Shown here: in pieces, positions 25,860 through 39,042 of the stretch
Layout of the letters: every line of letters starts with the position of its first letter
Numbering within the stretch: the first letter of the stretch is position 1
Origin: the human T2T-CHM13v2.0 reference genome, Homo sapiens
Assembly (NCBI RefSeq): GCF_009914755.1
Contig: NC_060945.1
Strand: one strand, 5' to 3'
DNA length: 64,000 nt
Program-made: the position numbers and the translations under genes
The notes under the pieces: model-generated
Told to the model about the DNA's origin: nothing
Database searches by the model: none
The model's input: only the letters and a program-made list of their open reading frames with translations

Positions 25860-26220
25860 CCTGGATGGTTAGTGAAAGCAAGATTTTCCAGCATGTTAGT
25901 GACAAGTTGCCTGGTTATTTTGAAAAGAGAAGCAGGTAGGTGCCAAACGTTGTAATTTTCAACTATGGATGAGATTCTGTTGAAAACATATCTCAAATAT
26001 CCAAAGCCATTATTCATAGCCCAGTGAAGAGAATCATCTGTCAAAAGATCAGAAGCCTTTTGATGTATATCCCTGAGCCATATATTTTATGTGAAAGATC
26101 TCAATTTTTAATTGTTGATAAATAATTCAGTCAAAAAAAGAAACAACAATGATGAGGCTCCATATTAAACAGAACAAATAATATGATCTCCAAGATGAAG
26201 TGAGTCCAAAGTTGTGGCAT
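25860..26220 (-). pseudogene. Highly decayed KRTAP13-like remnant
   Basis: TCTTCACTGGGCTATGAAT--AATGGCTTTGGATATTTGAGATAT is 35/45 identical to the KRTAP13-3 codons SSLGCGSNGFRYLNY. Flanking blocks QGYTSKGF*SF and NVWH-TCFS; possible start atgccacaac at 26220. Confidence 0.6.
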
Positions 26221-28050
26221 TTACAAGTTCTTCTTAAACTTCTATCAAATTAATGTGGACAAAGTTTTAGAGATTTAGAGGCAGAGAGAAGGGAAGAACA
26301 CCTCTTTTCACAATAACTGGTTCAGAGAAGGATTTTTGAATAAGGAGCCTGGATTAACTGAAGACAAATTCACTAAATCCCTTAGTTTTGCCTGAATAAA
26401 TTCATGCTCTCCATTTAACTCACAAGTTTTGTATTCAAGATTATTTTAAAGAGTTACATTTGAAACAAAAGAAAATGGGGAAGGAATAGTTTCCAAACCT
26501 ACTTACTAAGGTACAAGGTTAGGGGAAATCAACTGCCATTGAAAAATAGAAAGTAACTCACTGAATAGATATTTGAATTGGCCATATTTGCTTCTTTCTT
26601 CATTCTTCCTTCTGGAAGGCCTATATTAAGTTACTTTTCAATATTGCCATACATTTTAATTGAGAAAATTTAATCGAGAAAATGTCTAACATTATTGTTG
26701 TAAGTTTATTATATTTTATTATAAAATAAAATGTCATCAACCATGACAGTACACTTTCTTTGGTCCTGAATATAATTTAACTACTTGTATTTCAACATAG
26801 AATATTTTGTGAATGAACTTACAAAGTGGCTATCCTCAAAGAATACGACAAAGCTGTCCAATTTTTATTTTTCAACATGGAATCTATAATTCAGCAGAGG
26901 CAAACAAACACATGAACAAAACATAAAATATAACAAGTAAAAAAAAGAAAAAAGATAAAATCAAACTTAAGCACAGAAAAAAGAAAGAAAAATAGAGGGA
27001 AAGAAAGTCAGAGGAAGAGAGAGAGAAAATAAGAGAGAAACATTCATATACCATGCAGAGGAAAAGAGGACTGGGGAACAAAGAAACTTCACATTTTCAC
27101 AGGAAAATGTAGGATGGTACCTGGTTCTACAAGTGGCAAAAAGACACTGAAAGCCAGTAATATGGAAAGCTAGAGCCATTCTAAGAAGGTAGAAGTCCTG
27201 TATAATTACAAAAGTAGATGATAAATATATCAAAGTTCATAAGATTTGCTAATTTTGAAAATTTTTGCTCATAAAGACATTGAGACAAGACACATGACAG
27301 CTGGAATGCAATAGGAAAAAAAATTCTGAAATTCCTGAGCTTTCTCTTTGTTTCTCTTTCACTTGTTTCCTCCCTTCAGCAGACAAGCATTCGGGCTCTT
27401 TGGCTGAAGAGACATGACCTCAAATTGATCTTCTCTGTGACTGTGTTTCAATCGAGCTTCTTTTTGTTATCTCGTCTTTAAATAAATGGCAAGGTTTCTT
27501 TCAATTTCTAGCCATTTCTTTCTATCTCTTTGCTTTGCCTGTTCTTGATCTTTCTTCACTGGATATGAGACAGACTTTATAACTGTAGTACTTAATGTAT
27601 TAATTTACTCTTACCGCCCTAAAAAATCACCACAAAGTAATTTTGGAGTATAGCAATCAATGGTGACAAGATGGATCATTTTCACAAAGGTTCTCATCCA
27701 GGTGGAAATTGCACCAGAAAGAAACTAACGTTATCTCATTCCCCACTCTTAAGAGGAAAACATCTACTAGCAAAGCCAGATGTGAATACACAGGAAAAGA
27801 GGCAGTTAGCATGTGCCAAAGAAATAGGAAGAGCTTTCCTTGTCATGATGAGCTAGACATTAATATAAAACAGTCATAGCATTTCTGACATAAGTACAGT
27901 TCATTGGCTTTGTGCTATAACACGAAAATTATAGCACCCATAAATACAATACATGGAAAACTATTCAAATGCAATTACAGACAAGATTACGCAGTTACAC
28001 ATATGTAAATGAGGGATCACAAATATGTAAAGGATGACCCTGTTGGGCAC

Positions 28051-28076
28051 CACACCTATTGCTGAGAGGATATAAA
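28051..28076 (+). promoter_or_regulatory. KRTAP13-4 CACACCTATTGCT motif and TATA box
   Basis: TATAAA at 28071-28076, 83 nt upstream of the ATG. Confidence 0.8.
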
Positions 28077-28153
28077 TGCCCTTGTCCAGGATGCGACATT
28101 AAAACTCAGAATCTTCTTAGGTACACTCAGCTGAACTCCCATCTCTCATCAGC

Positions 28154-28636
28154 ATGTCCTACAACTGCTGCTCTAGAAACTTCTCCTCCCGCTCCTTTGG
28201 GGGCTACCTGTACTACCCAGGCTCCTACCCCAGCAGCCTGGTCTACAGCACTGCCCTCTGCTCTCCCAGCACCTGCCAGCTGCGTTCCTCTCTCTACAGG
28301 GACTGTCAGAAGACCTGCTGGGAGCCCACCAGCTGCCAGAAATCCTGCTACCGCCCCAGGACCTCCATCCTCTGCTGTCCCTGTCAGACGACTTGCTCTG
28401 GATCTCTAGGCTTTCGGTCCAGCAGCTGTCGCTCCCAGGGCTATGGATCTAGGTGCTGCTACTCGCTGGGAAATGGATCCAGTGGCTTCAGATTCCTGAA
28501 ATATGGAGGCTGTGGTTTTCCTTCCCTGAGTTACGGATCCAGATTCTGCTACCCAAACTACTTGGCTTCTGGAGCCTGGCAGTCTTCTTGTTACAGACCA
28601 ATCTGTGGATCTCGCTTCTATCAATTCACCTGCTAA
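28154..28636 (+). CDS. KRTAP13-4: Keratin-associated protein 13-4 (160 aa)
   Basis: Intronless ORF MSYNCCSRNFSSRSFGGYLYYPGSYP...RFYQFTC. Confidence 0.95.
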   Translation: MSYNCCSRNFSSRSFGGYLYYPGSYPSSLVYSTALCSPSTCQLRSSLYRDCQKTCWEPTSCQKSCYRPRTSILCCPCQTTCSGSLGFRSSSCRSQGYGSRCCYSLGNGSSGFRFLKYGGCGFPSLSYGSRFCYPNYLASGAWQSSCYRPICGSRFYQFTC

Positions 28637-28876
28637 ATTTCTAGATCCTTTTGAGTATTGGGATCAAAGTCTCTACTGAATGCAGCCATTATTTTCATTC
28701 TTGCCAGATCCCAATATCCTTTTATTCTTCCACCACCAGCTTCTTGCATGACCAACTTCTGGCAGACTGTGAAATTAATGAGTAACCTAATATTAACTTC
28801 TAATATCTTTACCATTGATCGAATATATGCTATCTGATTTTCATCCAAAAACTGTTGAAAATGGAAATTTTAATCT

Positions 28877-28882
28877 AATAAA
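28877..28882 (+). terminator. Putative poly(A) signal of KRTAP13-4
   Basis: AATAAA ~240 nt after the stop, followed by T-rich sequence. Confidence 0.65.
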
Positions 28883-31800
28883 TGTATGTAATCTGGTACC
28901 CAAATATATTGTTCACATTGTTATTATTTTATTATTATTATTTTGCTTACATTTTTGCATTCAAGAATTTGGGAGATTTAAGTAAAAATCAATATGACTG
29001 TGTAACTGGATTTGGGGCCCATATAATCTGACAGATCTGAGAACATTTCTCTTGAAATTAGGTATGTTGTCTATTAAGAGTAATCATTTCTGGAAGAACA
29101 TAGTTTGCATCTGCAGACTTGTCTCAACAGCAGTGAGAATTGTCTAAGAATGAAGGACATGCATTTCTACTGATATAGGAAAGCAGAAAATTTGATGCAT
29201 AAACTAGAAATGCAGACAACAAGACTAGGAAGTAATTTATAAGGTAAACTGTATGCTTACACTAAAGGTTACTTAAAGTCTAGTATCTGAATGTGGATTT
29301 TCAACCAAGAGAAAAGTGAAGCTTAAGCACTGCTAGGACAGACGCTTTGCTCTTTGTTAGTAGACTTAAGTGCCAGGTTTCCTGCCTCCCACTGGTAAGG
29401 AGAGTCAGGATCATTCACCAATGATCTTAAGTGGGAATTATTGGGTCCAGGAGGCTTCGGTAACCTACCGATGCTTCTTCAAGGCTCAACCTTAATCAAG
29501 CTGACAGCAACACACCTGAGCCATGCTGAACAAGCATTTATATCCATTAGTCTTACTCTGGATCCTCCTCTTCTCCCCAGAACAAGGCTAATGTCAAAGA
29601 TTTGGGTGCAAACAGTTTATGTGGCACAAGATCCCAGGAAGCAAGTATGAGACACTATGGAAGATGAAAGAATCAAAGAGGAAAATCTAAAGAAAGGGTG
29701 CATTTTCGAGTTTATTTTATGGAGAGCAACTTGGCTAAATCTTGTAAGGACCTTTTAGGAGCATGTAGAATGACTCTTGGAATTGTCCCCCACAGGATCA
29801 GATCAACATGGAAAAACATTTATCCATCCGCTTCTTTCTCCCATTGGCTGAACAATATCCAAGATGTGTAATTTTCAGGAACCTTATAATTATGCAAGGA
29901 AAGAATCACAGTGGGCACCTTCTGTTTTCCTAGTTGTGACCTGGAAGAAACCCAGGTACAGTAAAAGTGGCGTTGCATATGACTGAGGGCAGATGTTGTC
30001 CACACAAAGGTGGTTGAAGCCAACATAAAATGGTTTGCATTGCTATGCTTGTGGTCATAGGTGAGTGTATACCACACAAGAAGGCAAAAGAGTTATCAGG
30101 TAACAGATTTTCACTTAATACTTAACATCCCTGTGAGAAAGACAAATACTGTATACTATAGACCTTTACAGGCATGGGGGAATGGAAACTCTAAAAGGAT
30201 TTAAAACTGGCCAAGGCTTACAGATCAAAGACCTGGTAGAATATGATCTCTTGAATGAATCTTGTTTTGTTACTCTTTTCTGGTTTTTCTTTTCTTTTTA
30301 TTAAAAAATACAACTCCTAGTTCAACCAAGGAACACTTAGTATTTCTAGTAGTACAGAAATACTGCAGAATTACTATTCATCTAAATGGAGATGATCCAC
30401 TATTGGATTTATTTGTGTAGCCTCATGAGTAGTATCAGTAATAAAGAATGAAAATACAAATAAATTTAGAGTTTAGGAGAAGAGCTCCAAAGAAGGTAAA
30501 CTAATTTATTTAAATAACATTTTAACGGTTATAACAAATAGTAGAGTAATAGAAAAATAATCAATGACATCTCAGAAAGAAAATGTTATGAATTCTGAGT
30601 TCTATGACATATCTTAACATTTTAATTATTATCATGAGTGTAACTTAGTTTTTTCAGATTTAGGATCCAAGATGATAGATATAAAGTGCTGCCTTCAATA
30701 ATACCAAGCATTATGAACAAGAATGGTGAAATTGCAGACTCTTGCAACATCTCACTAATAACGTAAATCAGATTCCCATTTTGGTGAGATTGGACTGAAG
30801 GGGGATGGAATCAATCAGAGTGAATTCATGGCAATGTTCTTGAGTAAACTAATAATATAGAATGCAGAAGCAGCATACAATGTGTAAAAAATATTGATAA
30901 ACATAAGGAAATTCCTTTCATTTACTTTTCTGTATAAAACAATACAAATTATTGCTTAAAATAAATGAAACAAGAGCTCAAAGATAATACAGTAGAAAAA
31001 CGTGAACATGGTGATTAACAAGGTAAGGAAAAGTATTGATTGCCAGTACAATTTAGAGTATATACAAAGTGTTTTAAAATTTTTCAAATTATATCTTCTA
31101 CTTTTATTGATAGAATATTGCAGCTTATTCGGATACAAAGTGAGTTATGTATTCACCACAATTAAAAATGTGCGTCTTCTCCACAGGACTCTTATTTTCT
31201 TTACCATGATGTCCTTACCAAAATTTGTACTTTTTATCATTATGGATACAACAGATAATCTCATCTTCAATGTTGAACTTTTAAAATAACTTTACATTAG
31301 CTTTATCAAACAGAACATTATGAACTTTTTATAGCTTTACTCTTTTTGGGGGGCTAGGTGAAGAAATCAAAACATTATTGGAATTAATTTATTTTCTGTT
31401 TGAAGCATTTGACAGTTCTAATATAAAACTGAATTCATTTAATCCCTAGTGATTTGTTTTTCCTGCTACTGGAGGGGCATGTCATTAACTATTGGTTCAA
31501 TTATTTTCTGTACATGCACAAGAATATGTATAATTTAACACGAGTGAAAATGACTTAAAACAGTTATTTGACCTAAATGAAAATGTCTGTATCAGGGTGA
31601 TGTATTGACACACTTTTTGCAACTGTTAATAGTAAATAATCATCTTAGGACTTGGTCTTCTTAAACATTTTTCTGTCTTTTGAAGTAGATACTGATGTAT
31701 CTTCAGTAAAACTATGTCTTTCACTTTTCATGTGGTCAATGATATCACCTACTCTCATGTTGAATAATAAATATCATCAAATTGTTGTACAAGTTCATGC

Positions 31801-32251
31801 AGTCACCATCAACCGGATTTAGTGGTAGAAATTCAGAACCCAACTTTTGTTTTTTTCATTAAAAAATGAGCTTTTATTTTTGGCTTATTTTCCTTTTCTT
31901 CTATCTACAAAATTTAAAGAAGAAAAGTGTTACCGGATAATAAAAAATAGTTGTAGATTTAAAAAATACAAGACATGGCCAAATCACTGTAGCAAGAGCA
32001 TTTAGATTATCCTTTATCTGTGGCTTTGTGGCAGTCAAAATTTCATGCCCATACTTCACGTGCACCTAGCCAGCAATTCTCAAATTTCCCACTAACTCCA
32101 CCTACTGTTGGCTTGAGAGTATTGCCGCGTCTTGCAGCTGTGGAATGGGCCATCGCACTACCGGCTAGGTCTGAACAACAAATGACCCACCCCCAAGACT
32201 TGAACGAGTAGGCTGACCTATCACTTGTATGTAAGTGTAATTTGTTTCTCA

Positions 32252-32463
<212 letters not shown>

Positions 32464-33451
32464 TGATAGTTCTATTTTGTTTAGAAATTTTAAGAACAAT
32501 TGTAAGCATTCTGTCTTCTTTCAGATTTAACGATTGAATGAAGTAAAAACTCTGCTCACTGTGCGTGCTACTTTTTCTTCACTAGATGAAACCATGACAA
32601 AAGTAAAGTAGAAATTTCCTAAACTAATCATTATTTATGTTAATATATTACTGATTATAAATAAATAAAAAGTTAAAAATCTGAGACAATCACCAAATGG
32701 TATTGGATACTGAAACAACAACAACAAAAAATAAACCACGCCATATTGTTACCCAGTAGGTAAGTATCTGGGTCTTCCATTTAATAATGTTGTACTTGAC
32801 TTAAATGATAAAACATTTGAGGCTTAACTGCTGATTCAAGGATTATCAGCTACCTGGATATTTAGCCTAATCCTGTAACAAGAGAATATTTGCACTGGTT
32901 TTGAATTTTATTTTTTCAAGAAAGGGCTGCCAACCAAACAACTTAAAAAATAAGAGTAAGTTGAGACTTCATCAAGTTTATAGAACTGATTATATAAAAC
33001 AGGTTGGTCCTACTTGCTAACGAATATTGAAATATGTTAGCACTTTCATTTGGAGAATTGATTTCTTACCTGGCACTAAGGCTAGGGGATCTGGATTCCT
33101 CAACAAATCTAACTCACTAAAATCTAACTTTTTACTGGATATCCTCACTCTGAATTCTCATATATTTCAGAAAACATTTTATAAAAGTATTCTTTCTACC
33201 AAAATTATGTGATACAATCAATTTAATAGTCATTGCAAATGTAATCATTTATATAAAAATATTGATGTTTCTAACTCCCTGCAGAAAAAGAAGACCACAG
33301 TGGTTAGTTTGTTTGTAGTCTTAAAAATGTGTCCTCTTCATTTTATCACGTGAAGATATTAATAGATGGAATCAATATGAAAGATGAAAAGTCTTCTAAA
33401 TTAAAAAAGAATATGGACAATTTTACTTTTTAAAATTAAAAATAAATTAAA

Positions 33452-33930
33452 CTTTTATTTTAGGGTTAAAGGTACATGTGAAGATTTGTTACATAGGTGA
33501 ACTCGTGTCACGGGGATTTTGTTGTACAGATTATATCATCACCCAGGTATTAAGCCCAGTACCCAGTAGTTATCTTTTCTGTTTCTCTTCTTCTTCTCGC
33601 CCTCCTCCCTCAAGTAGATCCCAGTGTCTGTTGTTTCCTTCTGTGTGTTCATGTGTTCGCATCATTTAGCTCCCTCTTGTAATTTACAACATGCACTATT
33701 TGGTTTTCTGTTTCTATGTTAGTTTGCCAAGGAGAATAGCCTCTAGCTCCATCCATGTTCCCACAAAAGATACGATCTTGTTCTTTTTTTATGGCTACAT
33801 AGTATTTCATGGTATATATGTACCACATTTTCTTTATTCAATCTGTCATTGATGGCCATTTATCTTGATTCCACATCTTCGCTATTCTGAATCATGCTAC
33901 AATGAACATTCGTGCGCAAGTGTCTTTAGT
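33452..33930 (-). mobile_element. L1P 3' end fragment
   Basis: ggtacatgtgaagatttgttacataggtgaac...ggtatatatgtaccacattttc. Confidence 0.85.
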
Positions 33931-34344
33931 AGAAAACACAGAAAAACCTAGCCAGATATTTAGTAGTTTTTAAGACAAAAAGTAAGCAAAGAATATTAAA
34001 GCAGATATGCACATGTAATGTTACCCAGTTTTATTTAAACTTACGTTCTTCACTTTGTAAAATTTAAAGCAACTACTCTAGGGGAAATAACTAGGAGATA
34101 CAGTAAGAGAAGTGTGCTTTGATATTGCATATCTATATAATTATAAATAAGCAGTTTTGACATCTTGCTCCAGTGAATATTTTCTAGTTACTGGAATTCA
34201 GATTATTCCTCATCTATCATGGGTAACAGTAGAAATCAAATTCGTAGGCAAATGATAGGATAGGAGAGCAATAGACGGTATGGATATATGGATATGGACA
34301 CAGTAGGTATTGTGTTTAAGTTTCTGGTTCCTCAAACATAATTA

Positions 34345-34848
34345 CTAAAAGTCATATTCACAGGCTGGATGGTAAGAAGCAGACTGGCAGCTACTAGAAG
34401 AATAGAAGGTTGGGTGGTAAAAGTTGGGTCTATAATTTAGGGATGTGAAAGCAATGGGACAATAACCCATGGATTGGAATACACTGGATACAAAGCCCAG
34501 GGATGGAGAGCCACAGCCAAAAGATTGAAAGCCCCTGGATCCAAAGCCCAGAGATCCAGAGTAAGTCATCTGGCAGGGCCTGCAGAGTATAGAGGTTCTG
34601 GGGCAATAGCAGGAGATCTGGCAGGTGCTGGACACTACACAGGATGTCTGGCACCTGCGGAGCTCCCAGCAGGTCTCCTGACAGCCCCTGTAGAGAGAAG
34701 AGCCCAGCTGGCAGGTGCTGGGAGAGCAGAGGTCAGTGCTGTAGACCAGTTTGCTGGGGTAGGAAGAGCCACAAGAGAAGCCTGGGTAGCGCAGTTATGC
34801 CCCACAGGGCGGGAGGAGAAGTTTCCAGAGTAGCAGTTGTAGGAGAGA
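34345..34848 (-). pseudogene. KRTAP13-5P: KRTAP13-family pseudogene (probably KRTAP13-5P)
   Basis: ATG replaced by TCTC; SYNCYSGNFSSR, then a 1-bp frameshift and TAA at 34797-34795, then 149 open codons ([33 protein letters not shown]...ACEYDF*). TATAAG at 34909-34904; AATAAA at 34035-34030. The symbol is from recalled gene order. Confidence 0.85.
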
Positions 34849-37533
34849 GTTGACTTACAATGACAAGGTTGTGACTTTGAATGTCACTTCTTGGACCTGG
34901 GGACTTATATGCCCTTAACATTGGGTGTGTCATCCACATGGCACATAAAATAGGTTACCTGCCAACTTTAAATGAATTAAAAAGATAATCATAGTCAGAC
35001 ATATGTATTTATTGTGATTTTACAGCTAGGAAGTGCAGTAATGTTTGTGCCTTGGGATTCAGTTAATAGTGTTGACTCTTTAAAGCTATTACTCATCTTC
35101 CCTTACCAAAGGTCACTCTTCAGATAACTCAGAGAATCGCTTTAGAGGTAGACAGTGTCTGGGCTGAGGGAAGCTGCCTTAATTAAAAATAATTGATACC
35201 CATTTCACAATCTGTCTCAAAATTGTTGCCATCTGGTGCACAAAGTTGCCAGCTAACCAATCTATTCATAGTCATTTCTTTCAAACAAAAACATACATTC
35301 ACTGTCACCGCAAAGTAGCAAGCTAACTTAACGAAGAATGTCATCAGAAAGCAGCAATGGTGATATGCAAGATATAATGTCTTTTTAAAAATCAAACTTC
35401 AACTGGAACAGCTTTAATGAAATATTAACTGAGATTCCCTTATTTTCTGTGCTCCTGTTTAAAACTGTATGCAGACTATTAGGAGCCAATCTTAGCTTTT
35501 CTTTCCTTGGGTGTGTGTTTACTGTTGAGTGAATTAAAAATAATAAATTGCTTTATGTATTTTGGAATGGTCGAGATTATTCATCTAAGATGCTTAAAAA
35601 GCATTAAAAATAAAAACAGATCATGTGTCAAAGATGCCTAGTGTATTTCTACCTCTAATCAGAGTCAGTGTTTCCCACTAAAAGAATTCCCCAGAATCTG
35701 GAAAAGATTCCTGTTTTAAAGAAAGTTTATAAAGTAACTGCTTTGAGATGGTGAGACAAAGGCAGCATCTTAGGAAGATTCTTCCTTTGCCTCAAAAATA
35801 ACATACATGACTTTGACGTAAATTATTTTCAGGTGTTTCTGACAGGTATTACAACACTTCTAAAATAATGGTCATATTTTCTCTTGTTCTGTGACTTGTA
35901 TTTCACCTTGATGTAATGGTGTAATGAGACTGATATCTTGAGGAAGAGGAGAGATTGAGATTTATCTTGCTGTGGTTTCTGTGTTGTTTGATTTGCTCAT
36001 TTTTAGAAAAAAGTTTCCATTCCACTTCTGAACGAAAGTAGTTGAATGCAAAAAAATCCATACTTTGAGAAAAGAATGTGCGACATTACTTAATATCTGA
36101 TCCCTCAGAGTATTCTTCTACTGAAATTGCTTATATAGGAATGGATGACATTAAAACAAGAAAGCAACTTCAATTTAGGCGGGCTAAATATTTGTGTGGC
36201 TATTTTGATATTCAATATTTTATTGACAAACACAACAGGAAGATTTGGAATCTACTAGAATGCTTTTTGGCTATTAATAATTGAGAAGCCTAATAAATAA
36301 GAATTGTTTATTCCAGAAACACAGAACAAACTATGTTACCTAATAAATGAAACATGATTGGAGATCAATTTGTCTCCTCAAAAGTTTAGACTTATAAAGT
36401 CTACAATTTGGAAGGAAGTTGAGCAATTATCTCCAGCCTCCTGTCAGATTGGAATTCCACTTACAACATCCTAATTAGATTTTCCCAGGGCCCTCAGTAT
36501 GGAAATATCATTAATTGCAAGAGCAACTCATTTTAGATTTTTAGCTGAATCTTCCCCTAAAACTTTTACCTAGTAATCCTGATTCTTCATAGAAGGGAGT
36601 CTCAGTTCACTTCCATTGTAGAATACATCAGTTCTGAAGATGGATGTCTTAAGAGGTTTGCCCATTCCCACAGGTTAAGGCATTTCCTGCATCCGTGCCA
36701 TATATCTATTTACAGTTTGCTCTGATGAACTTTCTGAGCGAATCCAGAAAAATCCTCATTACTCTAGTACTCTAGGCAGAATATATATGTCAGCTGATAC
36801 ATCAGAGGTCACAAAGGCATTCACTCTCAATTACACATTATCATCATGTATCCTTCCCACCCCTTTATTTCAATTTATAAAGTCATTTGTTACTATGAAT
36901 TCTTTACATATTTTATCTTTCTGTGAATACTACATGGGATAGACATTTCCCTCATTTCTTGCTTTTCTTTTCCCTCTCTGGTAAAAATGTCACCCTCTGA
37001 GAGAAAAGAAAGGAAAAGATTAACGATTTACATTTTACTTATAGTGCTTATTATTTTCCTCTCAGTAACATCAACATGACCAAAAATTACTTATACCTTA
37101 TGGGGATAAACGGTTTTTTATAATCAAACTTATTGATGACTTCTATGAAGAAGCAAATCAACCTTTGAGTAAGGGATTTCTTTAGTAGTTTTACAATGTA
37201 AACTTCAAAGCACTTGTTCAAAAATTTCACCCTTCATTCTTAACTCTTCATGTGCACAAGAGTGACTTAGCTACTTGTGTTATAAGAAATCTAAACTTAA
37301 ATATGTTAGGCACTCATTTAGCATGTCTACCAAATAAGGATTGTTATTGGGTTATTTCTTCTAATGGTTCAAAGAATTGAAAGAAGGAATAGATATTGAA
37401 ATTTTTTTTCTGTTCTCAGTTGAATTTATAAAATTGGAGCAAGATCAAAGTCCCTTCCAGATTACAAGGTATTTTTCAGATCTTTACAAATACCAGAACT
37501 CTCAGTGTCTTAGCCGTTTGATCCAATTTCTAG

Positions 37534-37883
<350 letters not shown>

Positions 37884-38109
37884 CCTTTGAAGCATCAGTC
37901 TTATAGGTACAATTATGGTGGTTTTCATTCTACCTAAGCAAGATGAATGAGAAATGGCATTTTTGTTTCATGAACAATTGCTTTGAAAAACTAATGAAAT
38001 TCTTTCATGTAGAAGTCTACGTTCATAAATAAAATTCTTTGAGTGTTAATATATTTCATTTTGACTGCAGCCTAATTAAGTGTTCTCATTAGAATGGGCA
38101 CTTGTGACT

Positions 38110-38147
38110 ACACCTATTGCTAGAGTATGTCAGTGTCCAGTATAGAA
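38110..38147 (+). promoter_or_regulatory. KRTAP15-1 core promoter (ACACCTATTGCT motif; non-canonical TATAGAA)
   Basis: The family motif is kept, but the homologous TATAAA position reads tatgtc. Confidence 0.6.
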
Positions 38148-38209
38148 GGTAACATTCACACACACACGCTCCTCACTGCAAATCACCTGAGCTCAGAACT
38201 CCTGTTAAC

Positions 38210-38623
38210 ATGTCTTACAACTGCAGCTCTGGAAACTTCTCCTCCTGCTGTTTTGGAAGTTACCTGAGGTATCCAGTTTCCACTTATAATTTGTTCTACC
38301 CCAGCAATGCCATCTATTCTCCAAATACCTGCCAAATGGGCTCCTCTCTCTACAATGGCTGTCAGGAGACCTACTGTGAGCCCACCAGCTGCCAGACATC
38401 CTGCACTTTGGCCAGATCCTATCAGACATCCTGTTACTGCCCAAAGAATTCCATCTTCTGCAGTCCCCGCCAGACTAACTACATAAGATCCCTTGGATGT
38501 GGAAACACTGGCCTTGGATCTCTTGGTTGTGGAAGCACTGGCTTCCAATCTCTGGACTGTGGGTCCAGCTTCTACCACCCAACTACCTTTTCATCCAGGA
38601 ATTTCCAGGCAACTTGTTACTAA
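38210..38623 (+). CDS. KRTAP15-1: Keratin-associated protein 15-1 (137 aa)
   Basis: Intronless ORF MSYNCSSGNFSSCCFGSYLRYP...RNFQATCY. Confidence 0.95.
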   Translation: MSYNCSSGNFSSCCFGSYLRYPVSTYNLFYPSNAIYSPNTCQMGSSLYNGCQETYCEPTSCQTSCTLARSYQTSCYCPKNSIFCSPRQTNYIRSLGCGNTGLGSLGCGSTGFQSLDCGSSFYHPTTFSSRNFQATCY

Positions 38624-39042
38624 CCAGCCTTTGGGTCTCGCCTTTTTGGATCATCTTACTGAATATTCTCCATTCTCTCATGATTATTTCTGTACTCTAT
38701 GGAACTGCAACACTCAGCCTGTCCAATATCTGTGATTGTTGACCATCTACATCAGTAGGACTCAGCATCCTAGCCCTCTTGGAAGTATATGATTGAACAC
38801 GGACAAATTAATCTTGACCTAGGACCCTTCCTAAATCTGACAGGAGATATATCTTGAATTTCAATTTTTGTGCCAATGCTCAGGATCATTTCTGTTATCA
38901 TCTTTCTAAAATCCTTCTCTCATTATTTTCCCAGAACTCTTCCACTCAAATATATTTCAAATAGTTACAATATTTTAAATAAGCTTATTTCTTTGGCATG
39001 AATTCTGGCATTCCATTTTATTTTGTTAATACAATACACTTA

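Noticed and set aside
34255-34305. ggatat repeats that look like Gly-Tyr coding
   Set aside because: Short low-complexity tract in the pseudogene 3' region, with no ORF.
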